A stretch of DNA of 64,000 bases. Origin: the human T2T-CHM13v2.0 reference genome, Homo sapiens. The notes below the pieces were generated by a model that was given only the letters and a program-made list of their open reading frames with translations, was not told the origin of the DNA and did no database searches. Both the position numbers and the translations under genes were made by a program. Below are positions 17,743 through 34,377 of this stretch, in pieces. Location: NCBI RefSeq assembly GCF_009914755.1, contig NC_060941.1. The stretch is one strand, 5' to 3'. Within the stretch, counting starts at the first letter, position 1; each line of letters begins with the position of its first letter.

Positions 17743-19149
17743 GTCCAAAAAGCTTTTTTTTGGCCACTTTGTTTAGCTGAAATCTTAGGAGGATGCAACT
17801 AAGAAACAAAAAGAGAGAAAAGCAGAGTTGCTCTAGGGGAAGGAGAGTGGGGGCTCAGCCGCTGCCCTGGAGAGCCCTCCGAGTTGGAAAAGCACCTTGG
17901 GCTTGTGCTGGGCGTGAGGAGGGCCCTAAGGGCAGGAGAAGGTGCTTCTCTGTGACCCACAGTGCCCTGCCCTTGGAGCGCTCCAATCACATGACCCCAC
18001 TGAAGTTTACATCTTCGGAAAAATAATGAGGGTTGGTCACTAATGGGCCTTTGAGAGTTGTCACCCGCTTGTCGATAATTACAGAGCTTTAATGGGGCTA
18101 ATTCAGAGAAAATCAAGCTCAAGCCCCTGTTGGCTCCTCTAAGGCCGAGCACCCCCTGCTTGGCTGATGTAGACCTGACAGCATCATCATAACCTTGGTT
18201 TGCACCTGGACTTTCCTGACACCCTTGGGAATAGGAAATCTGCCCTGATTTTTTTTTTTTTTTTTTTTAAGAAAAATGTCAGGCTCTCAAATACTTTAAA
18301 AAAAAAACAAAACAATTGTGGCAAGGACCATAGAAAATCATCAAGCTTGTGTTGAAAGCATTTTATAGTTGGGGAAACAGCCATTCAGCCAGGCCGGCAC
18401 TGCAGGGGGGACAGAGAGAAATGAGCCATCATCCCTGCTTCCCAGGAGCTTAGAGACGAGTGTTAAGATTTTTATAAACATCTTCATTCATCTGCTTTAA
18501 ATTGTTGAAAGGTTCTCCATCAACTCCTGGACTCAGTTCAACCTCCTTGGTGTGGCATTCAAGACCTTGTGTGATATGACCGCTTTGGCCTCCTCATAGG
18601 TCTCTTCCCCTTCTTTGAGCCACTTGGCTCTACTGTTTTGCCTACACTGGGCTGAGTTTCTGACACTTCAGGACCTGTGTACACAGCTGTCCCTCTGCCA
18701 AGAGCACCTCCCTTTCCTCTTTTCCCTCTGTCAGCCCACCTCCTCCCTCCTCCCAGTCTTAGGGCTGAGCCCTCTCTGTGAGTGACCTCCGCCTGCCAGA
18801 GCTTTCCATCTGGGTTCTTGCCTCCCTGTCCCTCGCTGTGGGGTCACCTGTTTGTCTTGGTTTTGATGAACACCCTCAGGTCAGAGGTTGCCTCTCAGCA
18901 TTCTTGTATCTCTGTGCCTAACACAGAGCCTGCCACATAGTTGGTGCCGTAACATCGAGTGCATTACAAATATCACAGGTCCAGGTAGAACATGACTGGG
19001 GCCAAAGAGGTTCTGGGCTCAAAGGAAGGGGCACCACAGCCCATGGGGGCTGGAATATGCCCCCTAACACGGAGAACCTTTGTGGTGGACTCAACCCCTT
19101 GTCCTTGCTCCAGACCTGCACAGGCATCGGTCCTGACCCGGTCCTGGGT

Positions 19150-19635
19150 GAACCACACAGGGCAGGTTTAACACGGGCATGTGATCCAATTCTGGCCAAT
19201 GAGACAAAAGGACAGGTCTCCTGGGGACTTCTGGGAGAGGTTTCCTCGCTCTTAAACTGAGACATGAGAAAAGGAATCGGTCCTTACCAATTCCTTACCC
19301 AGTCAAGGACCTTATTGTTACATGTGATGCCTGGACCTGCAGCAGCCACCTTGGACCTGAGGGTCCTGCTTGGCTGATGGAGACTGACAGCGTCATTCTG
19401 ACTTTGGTCTGCACCTGAACCTTCCTCACCCAGACACCCTTAGGAATAGGAAACGGGCCTTGATTTTGCTCTACAAGGAAAAACGCACAGCCACGAGCAA
19501 AGATGGACAGAACCATCACCCCAACAGTGCTGAGGGGCTGCTGCATTGGTGCACCCTGGTGCAGCAAGACCTCAGCTGTCCTCATTGTTTAAGCCACTCT
19601 GAGTTGGTTATCTGTCACTTGCAACCCATGGCACT
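19150..19635. mobile_element. Old ERVL LTR (LTR16-like)
   Basis: 'gggcatgtgatccaattctggccaatgagac...tgatgcctggacctgcagcagccacc...tgtttaagccact...tctgtcacttgcaacc'. Confidence 0.55.
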
Positions 19636-21429
19636 CTAGTGATTACAGCTTTGAAGAATGGACTGGGCTTCCACAGGTGGGTGCCGGGCAGGAGAGCCTC
19701 TCAGGTAGGGGCAGCGTGTGGGGTGTGTGGCCCACGGCCCACCTGGAGGGCAGCACGCCACAGAGGCCACCCTAGGAGAACTGGCAGGGCCGACACTGGG
19801 TCCTGCTCCTCATTGGGACATTCACTGCCTTTCCTCCCTGTCATCGCCCCTCTTCGAGATCTGCTGGGAACATGCGAGTTATGTGCTTGTGCTTTGACAT
19901 GACTTAATAAAGAAAGGGCTTTAAAAAGCCAGGAGAAAAGGCTGAGTAAATAAACAGCACTTCACTCTCTGCCTTGGACAACAGAGCAACCGCCCTCATT
20001 TCTTTTTGTCAGAACAGAGATAATCCAATAATTAGGGCAGCAAATAGCATAACCCTGGCTAAAGCCGTAATGAACCATCTGGCTTGAATCATTGAGGCTT
20101 ATTCTAAGGATCTGGTTGTCACAGCCCAGAGGGGGGCACCGCCTGGGGTACTGGGTGGAAGGCAGTCCCACCCCAGAACCTGTTCCCCCACCATGGACAA
20201 GAGCCAAGATTTCTGGGCTTCTGGGCCTAGGATGTTTGTCAGCCTCCCATAGGATCCAAGCCTAGGGTGGGGCCCCCCTCGAAGGGGGCGACAGGGGCCC
20301 AAGCTGGCCCTAGCTCAGTGGCACACCGTCCTCCTTAGCTCCTCTGAGCCCGTCTTCAGCATTTCTTTGGCATGTCCTGATAATACGGGTGTGGCCAGCC
20401 CACAGTTCAAGCTGGCAAAGCTGCATCCAGCTCTGCCCTGCACTGCTGACCTCATGTGAGTCTGGCCCCTGCACCGCATGTATCTCAGGCCAGGGGCCCA
20501 GCCCTGCTGCCAGGACATGCTCCCTGAAGGGCTGCTGAGCTGACGGATTGGAGATGGGGCTGGCTGGCCTGAGTTTCTAGCTTCCTGGTCCCCTCCTTGC
20601 TTTGTGGGTTCAGAGACAGCAAAAAAAAAAAAAAAAAGAAAAAGAAAAAGCCTCTTGGCCATTCGCCATGCAGAGGGCCCTCTGTGGCACCAGGAGGGTG
20701 GCCTGAAGCTCTGCCCTCCCCTCTTACTTCCTTGGTGCAGCAGCAGAGATGCCAGAAATGGGAACAACTTTCCCATCCGTTCTTCTGGGGGAGGCTTTGG
20801 ATTCAGGGCAGCCAAAGCAGTTACTTGGGTCCCACTCAGGGCCCACCCAGGGGATCACCAAGTCCAGGGTGAGCTTCGCACAGGGTGCCAGGGGCAGAGG
20901 GGAGGGGGGTGGATCTAGGGCACAGCCCTGAGGGCAAAAAACTCTTCCGACCCAATCTCCCCAAGCTGGCAGGAAAGTGGAGGGACAAGACTGCTCCCCA
21001 GCCCCCACGCCCAGGGCAGGGCCTTCATGTGCCAGGCGCTGGCCCGAGGGCCGTGGTCCAGGCCTCTAGAAAGTGCAAAGCAGGCAGTTTCCCCTACAGG
21101 GGCCCTGCTCTAACCGGCCACTGCTGATGGGCCTCCCCAGGTGGGGCGATGGGGGGTCTGTGCCCCGGGGGCACTGGTAATCCCTACCTTCAGCTTCTGG
21201 TGGCACATTTGATGCTTGGGAAACTCCAGGCCCGCAGCCCACAGGCCCTGGTGAGTGCCCAGGCCAGGCGCAGACATCCCTGCTGCGCAGGGGAGGGGCA
21301 GCACCAGCCCTGGAGAAGGGCCACATCCCGGGAAGGGCTGGGGTTTGACGAGACGCTGGTTTTCCAGGTCTCAGTGACAAGTCTGGAGCCACAGCTGAGC
21401 TAGGAGGGGGTTCTCACATGCCATCCCCA

Positions 21430-23300
<1,871 letters not shown>

Positions 23301-25808
23301 CATGCGCACATGGTTGTTTTAGGAAGCTGTGACACAGTACACCCCCAATGCACAGGCGCGCACACCTGATGGAGCACACACACAGGTGATCAAGGGCACC
23401 CAGGGCACAGGCTTCCCTACCCCCAAGCACCCCTAACAAGATGCACAAACATGAGCCCATAGAAGTGATCAGGGGACCCTGGGCACAACTCCTTCTCTCC
23501 TCCCCCTCTAGCAGGACGTGGAGTCACACTCCTAGCATGTAGGGACAGGTTGCCTACACACGGGCAGGACATGTACACGCTCAACTGCACAAGGACACCG
23601 GGGCTCAGTCTGTGCACACATATTCTCAGGTCACATACAACACAGCACTCTAACCTCGGGTCAGTCCCTCACTTGGTCAGTGAGTAGAGTCTGAAGGACC
23701 CCCCGGGGCAGGGTGGCTGAGAACCTGCACAGGGCCTGGTCAGGAGCGGGTGAGGGCAGGGCCTGGGCGGTGAGTGATGCAATAAGGCTGGGCGGCACGC
23801 TCCCCCCACCCCCACTCCTACTCTAGGCCTCCCACACGGTCAGATCACTAAACAAATCCCAGAGGGCCCAGCCCTGGCTGTCCGGCTTTCCGGGACCAGA
23901 GCTCTGTTGGGAACTGCTGCTGCTTGGACAGGTGTGTTCCCGGAAAGCCCTGGGCATGGATGGAATCCTGTTTACCCTCTGGTTTCCACTGATGTGTAAG
24001 ACACTTAGCTTCTTAGCGGGTGCCTTTGGTGCATCTGAATGAGGGGCTCCAAGCCTCTCTTGTTCCCCCACCATAACCCCTGCAGAGTGATGGGGAGCAG
24101 AGGAAAGAGAGGCAAAGCCTTGGCCTGTGGCTTCCAGCTGCACAGTTCTGGCAGGCTATTTGACCTCTTTGAGCCTCGGTTTCCTCATCTATGAAGTGAG
24201 GCTATTTCCAACTGCACAGCCTTGTGGCAAGGCCCCATCCAGCACAGACAGGTAAGAGGTGCTCAGCTGGCTTTCCCTTCTCCCTTCCTTTGGAAAGACA
24301 AGACTCGTGGTGAGAAGTGATGAGAAATTCATGTTTTGTGGTGAGTTCTGAACTGGGTGGTGGCGGGCACTACCGGCCTTTGAAAACACTGGAGAAACAC
24401 ATGGCATATGTTGTACTGCGCCAAGAACATTCACAGCTGTCATCTCATTGATTCCTTAAACCACCCCACGATGTAGGCAGGGCCTGCTGTTCCCATTTCA
24501 CAGGGGAGGAAATTAGCGCTCAGGCACAAGGATGTGTCCAGGGTGACTGCTGGCTGGCGGCAGAGCTGCGATGAGAGCCCAGTGTCCTGACTGTTCGATG
24601 CTTCCACTTTCCCTCCCTTCTCCCTTTCCTCCCCTCCACTACAGAGCTCAGGGGCTCAGAGCAGAGTTGGAAACACAGGTAAAACCTCGTTCCCAAAGCT
24701 CATCCTGAGGCTTCTTGGACAGGGGAAGCCCAAACTGAGGAGGAGGGGAAGGAGGGAAAAAAAGGAGGAGGAAGAGGAGGACGGGAGGAGGCCAAGAGCC
24801 TCAGGGGTTACAGTGGGAATGAACCAGCCGGGGTTCCCTAAAGATAGTCTGAGGTCCTGGTGGGAGAAATATTCAGCCTTCCAAGAGCCAAAGGCCAAGG
24901 AAAGGACAGAAGAGCCTGGAAGGGCAGCCTGGCACAGAGGGGTTCTCATTTCCAGGAATGCTTAAGGGGATTAATCCTTAAATAGGCACAGGGTGACTTT
25001 TTCTGTGCCAGAGGTGGCTGCATCACAAAATGATTACATAATGACGCAGGTATTAAAATACAGACGCTGAACTGTCATTTTATCATTCCTTTACTAAGGA
25101 GCTGGAGGGTGTCGTCATCATCTTACAGATGGGGAAACTGAGGCTGCGGGAGGTCAAGTGACTAGCAAGAGGCAGACTGGAGATGAGACCTGGACGTCCT
25201 GACCGCTGAGCCTGCCAAGGCCCTGTACCTGTGTTCACCGAGAGCTGGCCGCTCCCTCCTGGCCTCTTGTCCTATGGGTCTGGTTTTTGGAGGATCGGCT
25301 CACGGCTCTTGGCTCTGCAGGAGCTGGCTCTTGGGGAGGGCTTTGAAGAAGTCAGGTGGAGGGCCCAGCCTCCTAAGCATGGAGCCAGGGAACCCAAGGA
25401 TGCCCACTGGAGAAACACATGGCATGTTGGGGTCTACCCTTTGGCAGGTGGCAGAGTTGAAATCCACTCTAGGTCTGAATTTGCCCAGCTCTGAGCCCAG
25501 CTGAAATGGGGTAGGGCCTCCCCGAGGGATAGAAGTGGATAGAAGTGGTGTTATCTGGGCAAGTGTCCACTTTCTAGAAAGAGCATAGGTCAGGGAGTAG
25601 GCAGACGTAGAGTCAAAAGTCAGGTGTGCCTCCTCCTAAGCGTGCCGGACTTTGGGCAAGTTGTTTAACTTAGGCCCTGGGTCTCATCTGCAATGGGGGA
25701 GAATAAGAACAACCTTGTGTGAGTTAAAGGTGAGGATGGGTATACAGTGCTTAGCACAGTGCCCAGTGTGCAACTGGCACTCAGGGAATTGTGATTCTGT
25801 TGCCCCTG

Positions 25809-25975
25809 CCTTCCTGGTGCAAACCGTCCCATTGCAAAACTTCCTGGTGCAAATCGTCGTGGTGCAAACCTTCCTGGTGCAAATCGTCGTGGTGCAAACC
25901 TTCCTGGTGCAAACCGTCCCAGTGCAAAACTTCCTGGTGCAAATCGTCCTGGTGCAAACCTTCCTGATGCAAACT
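25809..25975. repeat. 15-bp degenerate tandem repeat, ~11 copies
   Basis: Unit ~ccttcctggtgcaaa alternating with tcgtcgtggtgcaaa/ccgtcccagtgcaaa. Confidence 0.9.
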
Positions 25976-26419
25976 GTCATTGCGCTCCCAGTGCCTGCCT
26001 TGATTTCTCTACCAGTGACATGTGGTTGGCTGCTCCCTGTCTGCTGCCAGGACCAGGTGAGAAATGGATGCACTTGCCAAGGCTGGGCGCTGGCTGGCAT
26101 GTGTGGGCATCTCTAAGCAGTTGGATATGTCCAAAGGCTCATCAATCATGTTGCCTTCCATTCCCCATGCTGAGGTGGGCAGCTGGGCAGCTGGACCAGC
26201 CTCTGGCAAAGTTAAGTGGATGGAGTCTGCCCTTGGTCACAGTCCTCAGAAGCCCTGTGCCCTTGCCTCTCTGCCTTCTGCTTTTCCCAACAAGCTTCTG
26301 AGCTTTCTCCCAACTCCCCACAGACCCTCTCAAAGGCTCCTCCTGTCAAGTGAGATACAGTGGGTTCTTTAAAAAATGGTCCAGGTATCTGTAGCACTAG
26401 CATGTCTATTTACTTTGTC

Positions 26420-26682
26420 ACTGAGGCTGGAGTGCAGTGGTGTGATCATGGCTCACTGCAACCTCGACCTCCCGAGGCTCAAGTGATCTTCCCAACTCAG
26501 CCTCTCAAGTATCTGGGACCAAATGCATGCACCACCATCCCCAGCTAATTTTTAAAATTTTTGTAGAGACGGGGTCTTGCCATGTTACCCTGGCTAGTCT
26601 CAAACTCCTGGCTTTAAATGATTTTCCTGCCCTGGCCTCTCAAAATGCTGAGATTACAAGCGTGAGTTGCCACACCCAGCCC
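26420..26682 (-). mobile_element. Alu, next to a MER5-like remnant
   Basis: Reverse Alu; adjacent 'gcagattccaggcccc...ttaacaagcgcccctgatgattctg'. Confidence 0.8.
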
Positions 26683-27059
26683 AGGATGTCTATCAATAAT
26701 GCAGATTCCAGGCCCCCATCTCACACCCACTGACTCAGAATATGTGTGTGCACACTCAGGATGCATCTTAACAAGCGCCCCTGATGATTCTGGTGCACAG
26801 TGAAGGTTGAGACTCGCTGGGTTAGAGGGTGCTAATGGTTTAACGGTGATTTTCAACCTGCTGGGCTGCCTCTATACTGTTCACATGTGTAACATATGCC
26901 CATCAGTGACATCTCTCAATATTTAATGATTCTTCACTGGGGAAGTGAGTGACTAACCCAAGGCAGGTGTTGGAATTTCCAGAGAGGTTTGGCAAAGCCA
27001 CAGTGGGGAGTCTGATCTCCTCCTGTTTGGGTATTCTGACCTCTTTCCCGGTGGAGAAG

Positions 27060-27572
27060 TGTTGGGAGCAGGCCCCCCAAAATCTAGCCATAAACTGGCC
27101 CCAAAACTGGCCATAAACAAAACCTCTGCAGCACTGTGACATGTTCATAATGGCCCTAACGGCTCCGCTGGAAGGTTGTGGGTTTACCGGAATGAGGGCA
27201 AGGAACACCCGGCCCGCCCAGGACGGAAAACCCCTTAAAGGCGTTCTTAAGCCACAAACAATACCGTGAGTGATCTGTGCCTTAAGAACATGCTCCTGCT
27301 GCAGTTAACCAGCCCAACCTATTCCTTTAATTCAGCCCGTCCCTTCGTTTCCCATAAGGGATACTTTTAGTTGATTTAACATCTATAGAAACAATGCCAA
27401 TGACTGGCTTGCTGTTAGTAAATACGTGGGTAAATCTCTGTTCCGGGCTCTCAGCTCTGAAGGCTGTGAGACCCCTGATTTCCCACTCCACACCTCTATA
27501 TTTCTGTGTGTGTGTCTTTAATTCCTCTAGCGCCGCTGGGTTAGGGTCTCCCCGACCAAGCTGGTCTCGGCA
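27060..27572 (+). mobile_element. MER9 (HERV-K HML-3) solo LTR, 513 bp
   Basis: TG...CA termini, start 'tgttgggagcaggccccccaaaatct', perfect 6-bp target duplication GAGAAG (27054-27059, 27573-27578). Confidence 0.85.
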
Positions 27573-28847
27573 GAGAAGGACCAGTTAATGGCTCTTCTTA
27601 GCGTAGGTAACGTGTGTTGTTGAGGAAATGCCCTCTGTGCAGCACTTGGCTGGATGTTCCTTGGTTGGCATCTTGGCTGGTGTCCATGTGCCCGGAGAAG
27701 AAGGGCCCTCTCTGACCCAGGCCTAATATGTGTCCCCCGTTTCCACCCTTCCCTGATAACCGGAGGAGATCTTGTCCTGCTGTGCTAATAGAACGTTCTC
27801 TGTATTAACAGAAAATTTTAACCCAACAGAGGTGCTTGGATGGAGGAAATCCAAACAATGTTGCTGGTTGATGGAGAGGGGCATTCCAAGGTCTCTTGTC
27901 CATTCATTTATTCATGAAGCCACATTTCAACAAATATTTATTGTGCACCTGCCCTGTAACAGGCCCCGAGCTGTGATCTGTAGGGGGCCCAGTGATAAAT
28001 GAAGCCCATTTTTCTTTAGATTCCAGATGATGGAGGGGAAGTCAGGAAGGGAGGTAGGAACCACCACTCTAGGGGTCCCCTGCCTCCTTCTTGGCATACG
28101 CTATGGCCTCGGCATGGAGAGCATGATGGAGCACTGATGCCAGCAAGTCAGCTCAGCATTTGCAATATAGCGTGTGGCTGCTTAGAGGCCAACTTGATAT
28201 ATTAAGTGATATTAAAAATGCAGCCTATTTCTGATAATTTATGCGCATTCTCATAAACACATTACACTCGTCACAGTACATTTACGAGCACCAGGCCTAC
28301 CAGTGGGGAAAAGTTAACACCTACCTAATGATGTTGTTTTGCAGATGTCAGATGCTCTGGTGCTGCAGTGATGGGCTCAATGGTGCAAAGAAATGTGAGT
28401 CTTTCTTCTATCATGGGACACCAGAAGGCTGCCCAGGGCTCGGCAGAAGAACCAGGCTCTCTCCCTCCACACTGCCAAGGTCTGTGCTGTGGGATTGGAA
28501 AGAGGCCGGGTGAGAGGCTCCCCTGCCAGGAGAGACTTAGCCCAGGATCAGGTTGCCTAAGGCAAGAGATTAGATGTCACAGAGGGATAATGCTGAATCC
28601 TCTGGGGAAGCTCTAGAAATGACCTCTGGGAGAAAGAGGGGCAGAGCCTGAGGCTTACATCACAGCACAGACCAGCCTCCCTCCCACAGGCCTGGGGACC
28701 ACTAGAGCCCAGGGTCTTCATGACTGAAGTGAACATCTCAGCATTATACATGAATTAGAATGAGTAGAAACTCTAACTAGCCCAGGGCTGGTGGAAACCC
28801 AGGGCCAACAGCCACAAATGTTCCCTCCAATCGCTTTGAATTCATGA

Positions 28848-32230
<3,383 letters not shown>

Positions 32231-32749
32231 GGGGAGCACTTGGTCCATGAGCAGCTTCCTCATGCTCCCCTGGAGAGCAACCCTGACCCCTCTCCCAGCC
32301 CCTAATCTGTGCATCTCTGCCTGCCTGGAACCTTCTGGGGCTCCCAGGGTCTGGGGAACAGTTCGAAGACCACTGGGTCTAAGGAAAACCCCAGCTGGCA
32401 TTACCTTAACTTTCATCACTTATGAATCAGCTTCCCAACTGGAACCTGCACTATTATTTACTTAGTACTTTTCTTTAAACAGACTTACTTAAAAATCCCT
32501 TAAATACCCAGGTTAGCTTTGTCCTAACAATAATATCAATGATGGGAATTGATGTGCTGATTACGTCTCTCTATGGCACATTGAAATAAACATATAATTA
32601 TTACAGTAAAATAGGGTGTGTTACGTCAGTAAGGGTTAAGCAAATGGCCAAGGTCTCATAACTAGAAAGAAGCAGAGGCTGGCCCTGAGGCTTGGCAGAC
32701 CGGCTCCAGAATTGACACCCTTGACCACTGTCACCTACCCCTGGCCTGT

Positions 32750-34377
32750 GACAGTTACCTGTTCCCCGCCCCCACGACAGTCACCCGTTCCCCCGTCCCC
32801 ACGACAGTCGCCCGTTCCCCCGCCCCCGCGACAGTCACCCGTTCCCCCGGCCCCGCGACAGTCGCCCGTTCCCCCGCCCCCGCGACAGTCGCCCGTTCCC
32901 CCGGCCCCGCGACAGTCTCCCGTTCCCCCGGCCCCGCGACAGTCACCCGTTCCCCCCGCCCCCGCGACAGTCTCCCGTTCCCCCGCCCCCGCGACAGTCG
33001 CCCGTTCCCCCGCCCCCGCGACAGTCGCCCGTTCCCCCGCCCCCGCGACAGTCGCCCGTTCCCCCCGCCCCCGCGACAGTCGCCCGTTCCCCCGCCCCCG
33101 CGACAGTCGCCCGTTCCCCCCGCCCCCGCGACAGTCACCCGTTCCCCCGCCCCCGCGACAGTCACCCGTTCCCCCGCCCCCGCGACAGTCACCCGTTCCC
33201 CCCGCCCCCGCGACAGTCACCCGCTCCCCCCGGCCCCGCGACAGTCACCCGCTCCCCCGGCCCCGCGACAGTCTCCCGTTCCCCCGGCCCCGCGACAGTC
33301 ACCCGTTCCCCCGGCCCCGCGACAGTCGCCCGTTCCCCCGGCCCCGCGACAGTCGCCCGTTCCCCCGGCCCCGCGACAGTCGCCCGTTCCCCCGGCCCCG
33401 CGACAGTCGCCCGTTCCCCCCGCCCCCGCGACAGTCGCCCGTTCCCCCGCCCCCGCGACAGTCGCCCGTTCCCCCGCCCCCGCGACAGTCGCCCGTTCCC
33501 CCGGCCCCGCGACAGTCGCCCGTTCCCCCCGCCCCCGCGACAGTCGCCCGTTCCCCCGCCCCCGCGACAGTCACCCGTTCCCCCCGCCCCCGCGACAGTC
33601 ACCCGTTCCCCCCGCCCCCGCGACAGTCACCCGTTCCCCCGCCCCCGCGACAGTCTCCCATTCCCCCGCCCCCGCGACAGTCACCCGTTCCCCCGCCCCC
33701 GCGACAGTCGCCCGTTCCCCCGCCCCCGCGACAGTCACCCGTTCCCCCCGCCCCCGCGACAGTCACCCGTTCCCCCCGCCCCCGCGACAGTCACCCGTTC
33801 CCCCGCCCCCGCGACAGTCTCCCGTTCCCCCGCCCCCGCGACAGTCACCCGTTCCCCCGGCCCCGCGACAGTCACCCGTTCCCCCGCCCCCGCGACAGTC
33901 GCCCGTTCCCCCGGCCCCGCGACAGTCGCCCGTTCCCCCGCCCCCGCGACAGTCTCCCGTTCCCCCGCCCCCGCGACAGTCTCCCGTTCCCCCCGCCCCC
34001 GCGACAGTCTCCCGTTCCCCCGCCCCCGCGACAGTCACCCGTTCCCCCGGCTCCGCGACAGTCACCCGTTCCCCCGCCCCCGCGACAGTCTCCCGTTCCC
34101 CCGGCCCCGCGACAGTCACCCGTTCCCCCGCCCCCGCGACAGTCTCCCGTTCCCCCGCCCCCGCGACAGTCGCCCGTTCCCCCGCCCCCGCGACAGTCGC
34201 CCGTTCCCCCGGCCCCGCGACAGTCGCCCGTTCCCCCGGCCCCGCGACAGTCGCCCGTTCCCCCGGCCCCGCGACAGTCGCCCGTTCCCCCGGCCCCGCG
34301 ACAGTCACCCGTTCCCCCGCCCCGCGACAGTCACCCGTTCCCCCGCCCCCGCGACAGTTACCTGTCCCCTGCCCCCA
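32750..34377. repeat. 27/28-bp C-rich, CpG-rich VNTR, ~60 copies
   Basis: Unit gacagtc(a/g/t)cccgttcccccg(c/g)ccccgc. Confidence 0.98.
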
